A stretch of 64,000 nt of DNA from Candidatus Latescibacterota bacterium (GCA_965217865.1 CBDCJO010000002.1:2592001-2656000), one strand, 5' to 3'. Positions 40,296 to 52,151 are shown, numbered from the stretch's first letter. Numbers and translations are program-made. Notes: a model not told the origin generated them from the sequence alone.

Positions 40296-41030
40296 CGCCC
40301 CGGATGCAGCGCGGCATCTCGTGCAACCGCCTACGGCGGGAAACCGGCAAACGGAACGGAGAGGGCCGGAACAACCTCATCTGGGCATGATATGGAAACC
40401 CTATATGCGATGACGTGCCGGATGTTCCAAGCCCTCCACCTTGAACCTATGTCGTCAAATATTTTAGCACTGAATCCCTCCTTCTATTTCTTTCCGCAAC
40501 CTCCGATATCGTTAGATCGCGGAAATGTTCAGCATCTCGTCCTCGAGGGATCGGTGGAGAAGGTTCGATGAGCTTTTCTATCAAAGGAACGTTACGAACA
40601 CGGAAATCTTGCCAATTTGAGTTACCCCTATCAGTTCGATAGAGGGCCAAAATGCAAGCAACACCACAATACGGAACACTCGGCCATGGGCTCAATGACT
40701 ACTTGATCTTGCCACGTTTTACGAGTGTGGCCATATAAACAACTATTTATTCGGTGATTATATACTTGATAAAGTCATGATAGTGATGAAGGCTCTGTCT
40801 ACTCAAACAATCTGTTGGCAGTCCCCATGCCGACAAATATAGAAACAGGACATCAAAAATCAGGTAAAGAAATCGCTCGAATCGGACGATCTCCGGCCAA
40901 AGGACGGGGCATTCTGCGAAACTTTCGCAAAAAACTCAACATTTTGGGATAAAGCAAATAGCCTTTGTCAAGTATATAATTCCCATTTATTCGGGTAATG
41001 AAAAAGAAGGGAGGGAAGAAGTTGGCTTTA

Positions 41031-41519
41031 TCAGGAAAGGTCAATTTGCATTTTTACTTTTCCATCTCTATATACTTTCGCAATGAATGGCGGTTTATTC
41101 CTCTGTAAAAAACCAACAATTCTCGGCATCGCTCGAATAAATGCTTCAGCGTTCTGACGAGCAGTCAGATTTATATTTGTTCTCAAGTTAAACAAGGCAG
41201 CTTTATGTGTTCTCACACTCTCTATGGCTGTTCTCCGATAGCTAATTCTTTTGTCTTTTGTGAATGCAATCCAATTTTTGTCTCCGACGACTTTTATCCA
41301 TTCTTCGTCTTCTATATTGTGTCGGAAATACTCATTATGTGGGAACACTGTGAGTTTACCAGATAAATTGTCTATCCGGATTTCCCTTTCTCGCAAGCAA
41401 TTGATGAATACTGAACTATCAAGGTCCCGATCAACAAAAACGAATGGAAGATCAAGCTGCTGCTCTTGTTGCTGATTCGTATCGTATGACTTCTTCGATT
41501 TCTTTGGGTTTTTGACCAT
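41031..41519 (-). CDS. VapC45-like PIN-domain toxin
   Basis: FVDRDL, DEEWI..VG..NWIAFTKDKRI; overlaps the upstream DUF433 gene; start uncertain. Confidence 0.82.
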   Translation of the reverse strand: MVKNPKKSKKSYDTNQQQEQQLDLPFVFVDRDLDSSVFINCLREREIRIDNLSGKLTVFPHNEYFRHNIEDEEWIKVVGDKNWIAFTKDKRISYRRTAIESVRTHKAALFNLRTNINLTARQNAEAFIRAMPRIVGFLQRNKPPFIAKVYRDGKVKMQIDLS

Positions 41520-42162
41520 AATCTTTAGCCAAGTCTACGATGAGTTCACCAGCATTAAATCGTTCATAGATCATCTCTGTAGAAACACCTCTACCTGTAA
41601 GAACTGGTCGGCCAAAGGAAATATAAGGACTCATCATTACTGTCTTAGGCTTGTCCTCCCTGATGAAAGGATCACTAATGAAAGGATATAAAACGCGAGG
41701 CCCTTTCTCGTCGTATTCAATCCTGTGGAGATATATGTCGATTACATCCCTAATCTCATACTGACCATATTTCGACAAATTTATAACATTCCCCAGATTT
41801 TCCATAAGGAGAGACTTCCCATCCGTCATAAAATATTTGAATGCCAACGGGTGATCTGCGTGGTCAGGGAAGGCTTCCTTGAGATAGTCCAATCCTTTCT
41901 TAATCTGCTGGAGAGGAACGCCGTATATTTTTCGAAGACATCCCAAAATATGGACCTCTACAAGGTTTACAAAAGATAACTGTTGCAAATCCTTAAACCT
42001 CGGAGGAGTTATAATAATCGGCCCCCCCCGGTTTGGTGGAGCAGACGTCCAATATCGAAGTGTTTGAGATGGAATACGAAGGCAATGAGCCGCTTCACTT
42101 AAACCATATGCGGCCGCGTATCGGAGATCATTTTTCTTTATCATGACAACTACCTCCTGCAC
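41452..42162 (-). CDS. DUF433-containing antitoxin (VapB45-like)
   Basis: YGLSEAA..L HTH, LSFVNLVE, SFGRPV...GV.T..I.ERF.AGE....LAKDY. Confidence 0.88.
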   Translation of the reverse strand: MQEVVVMIKKNDLRYAAAYGLSEAAHCLRIPSQTLRYWTSAPPNRGGPIIITPPRFKDLQQLSFVNLVEVHILGCLRKIYGVPLQQIKKGLDYLKEAFPDHADHPLAFKYFMTDGKSLLMENLGNVINLSKYGQYEIRDVIDIYLHRIEYDEKGPRVLYPFISDPFIREDKPKTVMMSPYISFGRPVLTGRGVSTEMIYERFNAGELIVDLAKDYGQKPKEIEEVIRYESATRAAA

Positions 42163-42454
42163 TAATGAGCAGTATATTCCCCTGTATTAAATATATCGGC
42201 AGAAGGGAATAATGTCAACATTAGCTTGATAAACAATTCAGGGCCAAGAAGTTGAGAGGATACCAGGGGCGCAGCACAACGTCCTCGACTACTTCACGAT
42301 GGCCTGTCACGCCGCTTTGGAGAACCAACCGGCACCCTCGTTGCTGCCCCGAACCAATTCCGCCATTCGGTAACTTCTCCTGTGACCATTGCTCCCCGGC
42401 CCCACCAGCCAGGGAAGTGAACGGTTACGTCAAATGTTTCACTCATGCCCTGTT

Positions 42455-42742
42455 CTACACCAAAGACAGCCGCTCGACCTTGATCCGGTCCGCTTGTTTC
42501 ATCGCTTGGGCCAGGTCGTAGGACGCCTGCAACCGGTACCACGTGTTCGCATCCCCTCCGAACGCCTTGTCCAGGCGGATTGCCATCTCCGGCGAGATCC
42601 CCGAATGGCCATTCACGACATCGGACAACTGCTTGCGGCTGACCCCAAGCTTCTGTGCGGCTTCCGTCACGCTGAGCCCCAGCGGCTCCAGGCAGTCGTG
42701 ACGGACGGACAGGCCCGGATGGGGCGGGTTCTTCATCGGCAT
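42455..42742 (-). CDS. higA: HigA-family antitoxin
   Basis: [33 protein letters not shown]. Confidence 0.92.
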   Translation of the reverse strand: MPMKNPPHPGLSVRHDCLEPLGLSVTEAAQKLGVSRKQLSDVVNGHSGISPEMAIRLDKAFGGDANTWYRLQASYDLAQAMKQADRIKVERLSLV

Positions 42743-42756
42743 ATCACGACCCTCCT

Positions 42757-43035
42757 TCAGTGGTAGTCGACCAGGTCCACGTTGCTGGCATGCGCGCCCT
42801 CGAAGCAGAAAACGATGCGCCAGTTGTCGGACACGCTGACCGACCAGTACCCGGCAAGATCGCCTTTTAACGGATGTAGCCGGAAGCCCGGCACATCCAT
42901 GTTCGTGGGCATCACCGCCTCGTCGAGACGAGCTAGAATACGCTCGATTTTAGCAGCGTATGCTGGCGGCACCCGCCGCCGCTCCCCCTTCTCGTAGAGA
43001 AGCTGGAGACCCTTGTGCCGGAAGCGGACGATCAT
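42757..43035 (-). CDS. higB: HigB (RelE/ParE superfamily) toxin
   Basis: [32 protein letters not shown]; toxin-first gene order. Confidence 0.92.
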   Translation of the reverse strand: MIVRFRHKGLQLLYEKGERRRVPPAYAAKIERILARLDEAVMPTNMDVPGFRLHPLKGDLAGYWSVSVSDNWRIVFCFEGAHASNVDLVDYH

Positions 43036-43052
43036 TCACAGAATGTAACCTG

Positions 43053-43470
43053 TTACCTTCCAGATGACAATCCTTTTCTACATCCCCTCTTCTCAACACC
43101 CGGTTTTTGACGTGTGACTTCGCTACCTGCGCATCGCGGGCTGGAGCTATCGGCGAGAATCCGCCAACTTCGGCGGTCGTCGGGTGTCAGCCTTGTCTTG
43201 CGTCCCACCGTTCCATTCGTCCTCCTTGCCTTCCCCTCCTCGTCCTTATCGCCGAAGTTGATCTTGATGATCGCCAGCGCAGCAGCGGATCCCTTCATTT
43301 CGCCCCCGGGCTCGACCACGCGACGCCCGAACTCGCCGGGGAACTTCCGCTCGAGCAGCCAAGCGGACGCCTGCCACGCCGAAGGCCCGGTTTCCCTGGT
43401 GGTCTTCTTGACGACACTGCCGTCCGGATTCTGCCGGGCGCGCTCCCTGGTCGTGATCCGCCTCGGCCTC
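43053..43470 (-). pseudogene. Phage terminase small subunit-like fragment
   Basis: Minus-strand frame reads ..NPDGSVVKKTTRETGPSAWQASAWLLERKFPGEFGRR. Confidence 0.45.
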
Positions 43471-43472
43471 TT

Positions 43473-43697
43473 TTAGCAACTGGCAAAACTTCCCGGACTT
43501 CGCCGTCGCGCCGCACCTGAGCCAGCGGTATAAAGGTCATGCTTGCGCGCGTTGGCGTTACCGACCGGTGCGCCGGGTGATGCTCCCCCGTGCATCCGGC
43601 AACGGCCGTTCGTCATCGCGGGTGACCGGTACGGCATCCCGCTTCTCGTCCGGGCGCCGCATCGCGGGCTCCGGTGCATGGGCAATCTGCTTTGCAC
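43473..43697 (-). CDS. HGGxSTG-domain protein (phage/mobile associated), probably truncated
   Basis: RCGARTRSG...NGRCRMHGGASPGAP.GN.NA.KH. Confidence 0.75.
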   Translation of the reverse strand: MQSRLPMHRSPRCGARTRSGMPYRSPAMTNGRCRMHGGASPGAPVGNANARKHDLYTAGSGAARRRSPGSFASC

Positions 43698-43854
43698 GGG
43701 GTTGTTCCTCCGATTTTGATTGAATCCCCCCCTCCCCTCCCGAGTGCAGTAATATAGTAGTTTGGCCGGAAGCCGTCAACCAGGGAGGCTTCAGATCCGA
43801 GCGATCAGAAGCGGCGCCAGCATCTGCATGGCGTCTCATTCCTGTTGACACACG

Positions 43855-44238
43855 TTCCGGTCGAGGACCATCCCAGACAACCAGGAGCGTCTCATTCTGG
43901 CGACCGGGCGCTTCCTAGGTGAGGGCTTTGACGACGCCCGCCTCGACACGCTATTTCTGACGATGCCGGTGTCGTGGAAGGGAACACTTGTGCAGTATGC
44001 CGGTCGTCTCCACAGGAGCCATACTGGTAAGGCTGAGGTCCGTATATACGACTACGTCGACCGGCGGGTACAGATGCTTGCACGGATGTTCCAGAAGCGG
44101 TTACGGGGATATCGGTCGATGGGATACACGCCCGAAGAGGGGGATCTGAGCGACGCCCCCAAGGATTACGTCGTGGAGTACGACGAAGAAGCAATGGAAA
44201 GGCTTCACGGGAACGGGCTGATTGGAGGAGTGGAATGA
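43855..44238 (+). pseudogene. C-terminal fragment of an SF2 DEAD/DEAH helicase (TOTE-system primase-helicase type)
   Basis: LILATGRFLGEGFDDARLDTLFLTMPVSWKGTLVQYAGRLHR...IYDYVD. Confidence 0.75.
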
Positions 44239-44269
44239 CGGGACGAAAAGGGAAGGTGCCGTAAGGCTC

Positions 44270-44500
44270 CTGAATAATCGTTCACGGCCGCGTCAAGTTC
44301 GCTACACGGTAAACCCGGTCGGATCATGCAGAACGCGATGCGGCGGGCCTCCATCATGGCCGCAAAGGTCTTGCGAGCCTCGGTTGATGGCGCTGCGGTG
44401 AAATATGTTCGTTCGCACTCCGCAGCGTACCCGTTTACCCGGGTAAGCACCACCGCAACATGCGGCCCTTCACCGAGTCGGTCATTCAGGTCCGGAACCA
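44270..44500 (-). pseudogene. Internal fragment of an M24 (Xaa-Pro) peptidase
   Basis: NGYAAECERTYF...IRPG..CSELDAAV. Confidence 0.6.
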
Positions 44501-44518
44501 ATAGAAGCTGGTCGGACA

Positions 44519-45643
44519 GTGCCAGCTTATCTATTAATACCAAAGGGGGACGAACACAAACCACCCTTTCCAGCAATGATATGTTTCCACCAATGTAATG
44601 TCGACTGTCTCATAGCCAAAGAAGCCGTCGTTGGGAAAGCCCTATACAGACCGGATCAGGCATACGGATATGAACTGGTAATCCAGGGGTTTGTCGTTTT
44701 AGCCCCTGAATCAATTAACTGTGGAGAAAGAAACGTCCCATCTATTAGAAAAGAAGGCGAATCCAAGTTGTGTCACGCCGAATTAGGGAGACTATTTTCC
44801 CCTTTCCCTTATAAGGACATCTACGACGGTATGCGGGCAGTGGACTTGCTTCAATCCCTTGATTTTGTGGATGAGAATCGGATTGGTGTCATCGGGCACT
44901 CTATGGGAGTTTGGTCATCTGTATCTACTATGGCCTATGACCAAAGAGTTAAGGCTGGGATTATAAGTTGTGAAATCGGTCCCGCCAATTTGCTGCCTTT
45001 GATTTCACCTCGGTTGTTAGTTTCAATGTTTGGGGAACTCGATAAGGGCATATCACCTCAACAAAGGCAGAGAATAAAGGATGCTTTTGATAATGCAAGA
45101 AGATTTTATGAGGATGATGGCGTTCCTGATAATTTGATACTTCGGTTCCACAACTGCGCCCATTACTTTTCAGAAGAGTTCAAGTTGGAAGCCTATGAAA
45201 AGCTGAAGACGTGTTTTGGAAAACGAGTTCAACAAGAGTGTGTTCCCCTTGGACCTATCCTAAAACAGGCAAGGCAGAATGTTCCTTGGGCTTTTGAGGT
45301 TGATGGAGTGCAGGCTCCAGAAGAGCAGATTCCTGATTTGATCAATGTGATGGCCAATGAAAAGGAACTTATCGATGTTTTCGTGTTTGTGTTCAACGAA
45401 TTAAACGTCAAGCGTCCCGCTAATTCTCCCTTAAGGATGGAGGTACATCAATTACAGAATGAGATAGATATAGTATGCGCTTTCTCATGTTCTCGTCCTG
45501 AGGCCCACTTTCAGGCTAAGGGGGGGTATAGCTCCTGGCTCACGGAGCAGGCGATTTATGAACATTCTGCATGTTTGAAGCGAGAAACTACTGCTGACGA
45601 GGTAAGGTATATAGTCACCTTACAAAAGGCCAATCCAAGCTAG
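44519..45643 (+). CDS. Alpha/beta hydrolase (dienelactone hydrolase/acetylxylan esterase-like), probably 5'-truncated
   Basis: PAYLLIP, VDENRIGVIGHSMG nucleophile elbow. Confidence 0.78.
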   Translation: MPAYLLIPKGDEHKPPFPAMICFHQCNVDCLIAKEAVVGKALYRPDQAYGYELVIQGFVVLAPESINCGERNVPSIRKEGESKLCHAELGRLFSPFPYKDIYDGMRAVDLLQSLDFVDENRIGVIGHSMGVWSSVSTMAYDQRVKAGIISCEIGPANLLPLISPRLLVSMFGELDKGISPQQRQRIKDAFDNARRFYEDDGVPDNLILRFHNCAHYFSEEFKLEAYEKLKTCFGKRVQQECVPLGPILKQARQNVPWAFEVDGVQAPEEQIPDLINVMANEKELIDVFVFVFNELNVKRPANSPLRMEVHQLQNEIDIVCAFSCSRPEAHFQAKGGYSSWLTEQAIYEHSACLKRETTADEVRYIVTLQKANPS

Positions 45644-45700
45644 GAAGTATTAATCCTTTGGTTAACTAACATCCCCCACTTAACAGAAGGGGTTTATGGG

Positions 45701-46885
45701 ATGATATTTGAAAGAAATAAGCCACATGTCAATGTTGGGACCATTGGACACGTAGGCCACGGAAAGACAATGCTAACGGCTGCGATTACCAAGGTTCTGG
45801 CTTTGGCTGGGCTTGCTGAGTTTATCCCTCCTGATGCTCTAGACAAGGCCCCCGAGGAGAGGGAACGCAGGCTCACAATCAAGGCCAGACATGTAGAGTA
45901 CGAAACAGAGATACACCACTATGCTCACGTGGACTGCCCGGGCCATGTTGACTACGTCAAAAACATGATTAATGGTACTGCACAGATGGATGGCGCTATC
46001 CTGGTAGTTAGTGCAGTGGATGGTCCGATGCCTCAGACACAAGAATATATTCTGCTCGCCAGGCAAGTCAATGTGCCTTCCATTATCGTCTATATCAACA
46101 AAACTGATATGGTGGAGGATCCTGACCAGATAGATCTAATAGAACTTGAGACAAGGGATCTTTTAAGCCAATACGGCTTTCCTGGAGATGAAGTTCCGGT
46201 TGTTCGGGGGTCATCATTAAAGGCACTTGAGTACCATGGCCCTGGAGCTGACGAAGCTAAGTGCATCTGGGAGCTGCTCAATGCCATGGATGAATACATT
46301 CCGGTGCCTAAGCGGGATTTCGACGAGGACTTCTTGATGCCGGTTGAGGATGTGTTCACAATTACGGGACGCGGGACAGTTGGCACAGGCCGAATCGAGC
46401 GAGGCGTGGTAAAAATAGGTGATGAGGTGGAGATCATTGGTTTCAGAGAGTCGCGTAAGGCAGTTGTTAAGGGAGTCGAAATGTTCAATAAGATCCTAGA
46501 TAAGGGGATGGCGGGTGACAATGCAGGTCTTTACTTGGGGGGTATAAAGAAGGAGAATTTGACGCGCGGAATGGTAATTGCAAAACCAGGTTCCATTGAG
46601 GCGCACAGTAAGTTTTGCTGTGAAGTCTATGTGTTAACTGAAAAAGAGGGAGGACGAAGCACACCCTTCTCTTCCACATATCGTCCCCAGTTCTATTTTC
46701 GAACGACAGATGTTACCGGGAGTTTTCAACTACCAAACGGGATCGAAAAAGCGATGCCGGGTGAAAAGATGACCATGACAGTCAAGTTGGCATCCCGAAT
46801 CGCTTTGGAGCCGGAACTTAGATTCGCTGTTCGAGAGGGGGGCCTGACTATCGGTGCGGGTGTGGTTACACAAATCCTGGAGTAA
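45701..46885 (+). CDS. tuf: Elongation factor Tu, divergent solitary paralog
   Basis: Full-length 394 aa, collinear with EF-Tu ([41 protein letters not shown]) but with non-canonical G1 and G2 motifs. Confidence 0.93.
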   Translation: MIFERNKPHVNVGTIGHVGHGKTMLTAAITKVLALAGLAEFIPPDALDKAPEERERRLTIKARHVEYETEIHHYAHVDCPGHVDYVKNMINGTAQMDGAILVVSAVDGPMPQTQEYILLARQVNVPSIIVYINKTDMVEDPDQIDLIELETRDLLSQYGFPGDEVPVVRGSSLKALEYHGPGADEAKCIWELLNAMDEYIPVPKRDFDEDFLMPVEDVFTITGRGTVGTGRIERGVVKIGDEVEIIGFRESRKAVVKGVEMFNKILDKGMAGDNAGLYLGGIKKENLTRGMVIAKPGSIEAHSKFCCEVYVLTEKEGGRSTPFSSTYRPQFYFRTTDVTGSFQLPNGIEKAMPGEKMTMTVKLASRIALEPELRFAVREGGLTIGAGVVTQILE

Positions 46886-46927
46886 AGTTATAGATTTTTC
46901 GACATTAATACTGTTAAACAAAACAGA

Positions 46928-47934
46928 CTAGCGCATAACAGCAGGCTCAGATGCGCAGAGCTCAGATCATTGCCTTCAGTGGTCAAGGACTGCGTGTTCA
47001 GGAGATTGCTGCCAATCTCGAGATGAACGAGGAGTATCTCCGGGAACTGATTCGTAACTTCAATGACGAGGGCTTTGATGCACTTCGCCAGAAATCTCAA
47101 TCCGGTCGGCCACGCAGTTTGACAGAAGAAGAGGAGTCCCTGATCGCAGAAATCGCGACAGCGCCTCCCCAGGCCTTTAGCCGTCCTTTCAACCAGTGGT
47201 CCCTGAGGAAGCTGAGGGATTTTCTGGTTGAAAAGAGACTGATTCAGCCGGTCAGTCACAACGTCATCCGTCGCGTCCTGAAGAATCGAAAGATTACTTA
47301 TCAGCGAACCCGGACCTGGAAGCGATCCAACGATCCGGCATACGACGCTAAAAAAAACGCATCTAAGCGCTCTACAAGAAGGCCCCGCAAAGGTGCTCGG
47401 TAATCTGCTTCGACGAATTCGGACCCATCCAGGTCAAACCACAACACGGTAACGCTTGGGCGCCACAGAAAAGCCCTGTCAGACTCCGTGCCGCCTACCG
47501 CCGGTTTCAAGGCGTGAGCCACTTTTTAGCGGCGTATGATGTTCATCAAGACCGCCTGTGGATGCATCAGAAAAAGCGCAAACGATGGCAGGAGGTCCTC
47601 CGTTTTCTCAAATCGATTCGACGGCGATACCCGAAGGACAGACGCCTGTACATTGTCCTGGACAATATGAGAACGCACAGCAAGGCCGAAGTTGTGGACT
47701 GGTGGCAAAAGAACAATCTCAAACTGGTATTCACGGCAACAAATGCATCCTGGATGAACCGCATCGAATGCCACTTCGCACCTGCCAAACAATTCGTCCT
47801 CAATAACAGTGATCATCCCGACCATAGATCCATTGGTCAGGCCATGCAAGACTACATAAGGTGGCGAAACAAAAACGCCAAGAATAAAAAAATCTTGAAA
47901 CCTCAAAACACAGTACGGGTTTTGTAACAGCCCA
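46928..47934 (+). mobile_element. IS630-family element remnant (5'-truncated, split transposase)
   Basis: HTH ORF 46951-47403 (RRAQII, GRP, WSLRKL); A8C slippery site at 47350-47358; the -1 frame has CFDEFGP...IVLDN...WMNRIE but an in-frame TAA just after the shift. Confidence 0.82.
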
Positions 47935-47938
47935 CTAG

Positions 47939-49071
47939 TCCTAAAATAAGCGAATAGGCTTGTTGAGCGGTGTGTTATACAAGATTTCGGAGCATTTCAG
48001 ACTTGTGACTTGGTGGAGATGATGTCTGGGCTGTTTTTGTGATTGTTTCGGCATGCGATTGTCTAATTAACTGAGTTTGCGGACGTGTTTTAGCCGGGGT
48101 GGACGGACTTGTCCCTGTGATGTTACGACGACAGGTGCTGACATGGCAGTCAGGCCGGTTTGAGCCATCTGATTCTGTTCCAGGCCGGGAAGAAGTCAGT
48201 CATCCACCGGTTGTAGCCCAAGACACGATAGATGATCTGTCTTCCCCGGGTCACGATCTGGCAAGGGATCCAGATCAGATTCTGGAGGAAGGCGCGAAAC
48301 TTCATTCTCAGAAGTTGATCGCGACGCTCACGCTTTCGGATCATCAACGCGAACCAGGCTTTGAGGTTCCACGCCAGGGCGGTCATGACCATGTAAGCCC
48401 AGTTGCTCATCAGGTTGTCGACGGGCATCCGCATGGCGTTGACCCCGTTCTTGAGTTGTTCAATCACGTTTTCCTGATCGCACCGTCGATTGGCCAGCCT
48501 CACGATTTCCGCGGCCGTAAGATCTTTTCGGGTGGTAATGTAGAAGAAACAGCGCTTGTCATCGAACAGGGCGTTTTCGCCGCGTTCGACGCTCAGGTTC
48601 TTTTCGAGGATCACGAGTCGACAGGTCTTCTTGCATCGAGCAGGACGATACGAAACCCCGGCAACACGTTCACTGGCAAGTCGGATGTTTTTGAAGCCGC
48701 GCTCCCGGATGATCCGGGCTTTCACGTTCTCGCGTTTCTGTCTCTGGGAGGTCTTGACCTGGTATTTGGGTTGTCGTTCAAAGGGCTCCCAATCGCTCTG
48801 TGACAGGGATTTGGCGATCTTGACCAATCCCCGGTAAGCATCCATGCCGAAGACGAAGTCGACCTTTTCCGACCAACGATCGAAGTGCCGGGTGAGTGAG
48901 AAGCCGGTGTCTCCGCGCAGGCAGATGCGTTTGGCGAAAGGGGCGACCAGCGCGATGGCGCGATCGATCCACTTTACGGCACCGTCGTGGCTGGGCACAT
49001 TGCCGGGTCGATTCACAAGAAACAACACCTCCCTGGTGTTCGCCAGAGAGACCACGAGAGGATGGTATCCC
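47939..49071 (-). mobile_element. IS1380 partial copy (3' part only)
   Basis: Near-identical to 38033-39165; breaks off inside the transposase at 49071. Confidence 0.9.
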
Positions 49072-49570
49072 TGCTGTGAGCGGCATGGTGAGTGAAGAGT
49101 TTGGTTGTCCGCAGGCGATGATCGATATCGCATCGATCCCGAACATCGGCGCCTTCAAGGACGCTTCGGGAAACTACGGATGGCACCGGGATATCGTACG
49201 CGGGCTCGACGGCCCGGATGGGCTTGCCGCTGTCATGGGCAGCGACGGTATGGGATATCACTACTGGGGCCATCATTACGGATCCCGTTGTTATCTTACC
49301 GGTCTCGGTAACGTCTGGCCGAAGATCGAAGTCGAATTCTACGACAAACTCGCTTCCGGGGATCAAACGGGCGCGCTGGATATCGTGAACACCTACGAGC
49401 TTGACTATCTTAAAACCACGAAGGCAACCGGCAAATACTGGTCCTGTCTCAAGTTCTTCCTCGACGAACTGGGGCTTCCCGGTGGCCCCATGCGTCCACC
49501 GTTGCTGGACTGTACACAGGAGGACAAGAAGCTCCTGCTGGCCATGGCGAAAAGCACGGGACTGATGTAG
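49072..49570 (+). pseudogene. DapA-family protein, C-terminal half
   Basis: IPNIGAFKDASG (Schiff-base Lys) and GPMRPPL; 5' part replaced by IS1380 sequence. Confidence 0.75.
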
Positions 49571-49690
49571 GTATGGAATCGATGCGCTTTGCGAAGCGCG
49601 GGAGACCAGGTCCGCCCGACGAGAAATATCAGCCCACGTTTGTCTCCCCCGTTTCGTCTGGGAATCGCGCCATGATGAGGAGACCAAACG

Positions 49691-50916
49691 ATGAGTAAGA
49701 GGGGCCACGGCATCGGAGCATTGGCCAGGGAGCTGCTCAATATCTCGGAGGACCAGTGGTCAAAATTGGAACGGGGCAGGAAGGAAGGAATCATCGAGCT
49801 GGAGCCTGTGGTCCTCCCCGAACATCCCAGGGGAGACAACAATCATATGGGATGGCCGGTGGGCACCATGACCCGCGATACCCTTGTCCTTATCCACCGG
49901 AGGATGCCGGGCCACGCAGATGGGGATTCAACGTTCTCCATGGCGATTCGTTCTGTCGATCAAGGGCGGACGTGGAGCCAATCCTACGATCTCCGCGATG
50001 CGATGAACCCGGAGAATCGCGACCGTTGTCGCATCGCAATGCTTGGGGACCGCTGAACCACAGCAAACAAGGCTACAAGCTCCATCTCAACGCCATCGGC
50101 ACAGCGCGGGATGGGGCCGTGATCGTGCTGTGCAACTACGGTGTGTTTCGCTCGGACGATCAGGTTCAAAGCTGGGAGCATTTCGCCGAGCCGTTTCGGG
50201 AGGACTTAACGGAAGGGGACATGGTCTACCTGGGACCCCGAGTCATAGACCATCCAGAGGCGGGCTTGCTCGCTTTTGGAAACACGGTACGCTACGGCCC
50301 CAGAGAGGGAACCCCAAACCCTGTCGACGGGCCGGTCGACTACCATCACAACCTCGTCATATTGAACTCCAACGACGGGGGTAGATCGTGGCGGAAGACC
50401 CCACACGAGCTTCCGCAGTGGGCGGTTCAGTTCGAGCCCGCCGCGCTGTTACACGACAACGAACTTTTCGCAATCGGAAGGGATGAAGGTACGAATTGCG
50501 AGCATCTGCAGATGCGGCTGCGAAAGCCCGGTGGCCCTGTTGAGGTAAAGTGCACGAACTTGAAGGACCCGAGAAAGATCGATACCGTGGATATCGACTA
50601 CAATCCCGTGACGCAAAGGCTTGAAGTGGCACGCGCGCCGAGGGAGAAACTGAGAGTAGACGTGTGGAGCATCGATCCGGCGCAATGGGACTCGGCCGAA
50701 TGGCGATTCGAGTGCACGTTGTTCTCCCGTCTCGGCGTCTACTGGCGAGTCGGGGGGGACGTGGACGGCTTCCACCCTGGCGGAGCGATAATCGATGGAA
50801 GAAGAGGGGTACAGCACATATTCGTTTACGTCGGTCATCCCAACGGTCCGGCGGGGACCTTTCGCATAACCCGCACCCTCGACACCCAGAAGCTGCGGGC
50901 GTTTTTGGAAGCGTAG
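49691..50916 (+). pseudogene. Sialidase/BNR-repeat protein, frameshifted near 50010-50050
   Basis: Asp-boxes RSVDQGRTW, RSDDQVQSW and NSNDGGRSW split over two frames. Confidence 0.72.
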
Positions 50917-50960
50917 GGGACTTGGGGTTACGTCAACCCCCCCTCTAAGGAGAAGCCGCT

Positions 50961-52151
50961 GTGAAGATACGCGAGCTAAAGGTCTTCCATATTAACCCGG
51001 GCAAGAAAGTGCCTTACGGCACAGGCTGGGGCAAGAACTACACCCTGGTCAAGATCTATACGGACGAAGGCATAGAGGGAATCGGCGAAGCCTTCGGCAC
51101 AGGCAAGGCGAAGACCACCGAAGCGGCAATCTACGAGTTCGAACGCTGGCTGCAAGGCAAGGACCCTACCGAGATCGTCCGCAACTGGTATGCCTACTAT
51201 CGCGGCAGCCGCTACCCGCTGGGTACAGCGACCATGGCCGCGTTGAGCGCGGTGGAGCAGGCACTGTGGGACATTGCGGGCAAGGCCTGCGGCCTGCCGG
51301 TCTACAAAATGCTGGGGGGACCCACGCGCGACCGGATAAAACTCTACGCCAGCGGCTACCTTGCCCAGCCCCGGCACTTCGATCTCCCCGGCGATGACCT
51401 CGTGGGAGCCTGCAAAAGGGTCGTGGACGCAGGCTTCAAGGGCGTGAAGTTCACGCCCCAGCCGGACGATTATGCAAGCAAGAGCCCGCAGCAGGTGCTG
51501 AGCGACGCCATCGAACGGGTGCGCTCCGTCCGCGAGGCCGTGGGCGACCAAATCGATATCTGCCTGGACTACCACGGTCGCAGCTTCAGCCCCGTCGAAG
51601 CCATCAGGCTCGCCAAAGCCATCGAGCCCTTCCGGCCGCTCTTCCTTGAAGAACCGGCACTGACCGAGGCACCGGACTCGTTGGTCGAGGCCAAGATGAA
51701 GACCACCATCCCGATCGCCGGCGGCGAGCGTTGCATCAGCCGGGACCGCCTGCGTGAAATCCTCGAAAAGCGCGCCCTGCACATCCTGCAGCCGGAACCC
51801 ACTGCGTGCGGGGGAATCCTGGAGACGGTGAAGTGGGCGGCCACGTGCGAGCTCTACCACGTCGACCTGGCGCCGCATCAGGCCTGCGGCCCGGTATCTC
51901 TGCTCGCGTGCGCCCACATCGACGCGAGTATCTCCAACTTCCTGATCCAGGAGTGCAACTTGGATCTCGAAGAATCCTTCTTGCGGGAACTGTATTCGCC
52001 GCTGCCCGAAGTGGAGGACGGGTTTCTCAAGCTTCCCGAGGGGCCTGGACTGGGAATAGAGCTCGATGAGGACAGCGCCGCAAAATATCCCTACAAACCC
52101 TACGACCGCCCGGTGATCCGCAAAGCGGACGGATCGATCGGGCTGGAATAG
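50961..52151 (+). CDS. Mandelate racemase/enolase superfamily dehydratase (galactonate dehydratase-like)
   Basis: SAVEQALWDIAGK, LDYHGR, FLEEP, GGER, APH, PEGPGLG. Confidence 0.92.
   Translation: MKIRELKVFHINPGKKVPYGTGWGKNYTLVKIYTDEGIEGIGEAFGTGKAKTTEAAIYEFERWLQGKDPTEIVRNWYAYYRGSRYPLGTATMAALSAVEQALWDIAGKACGLPVYKMLGGPTRDRIKLYASGYLAQPRHFDLPGDDLVGACKRVVDAGFKGVKFTPQPDDYASKSPQQVLSDAIERVRSVREAVGDQIDICLDYHGRSFSPVEAIRLAKAIEPFRPLFLEEPALTEAPDSLVEAKMKTTIPIAGGERCISRDRLREILEKRALHILQPEPTACGGILETVKWAATCELYHVDLAPHQACGPVSLLACAHIDASISNFLIQECNLDLEESFLRELYSPLPEVEDGFLKLPEGPGLGIELDEDSAAKYPYKPYDRPVIRKADGSIGLE

Noticed and set aside
4003-49570. The DapA-like N-half (4003-4446) and C-half (49072-49570) being one split gene
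   Set aside because: They border different IS families, share no target duplication and appear to overlap in the family alignment. Probably two paralogs, though not formally excluded.
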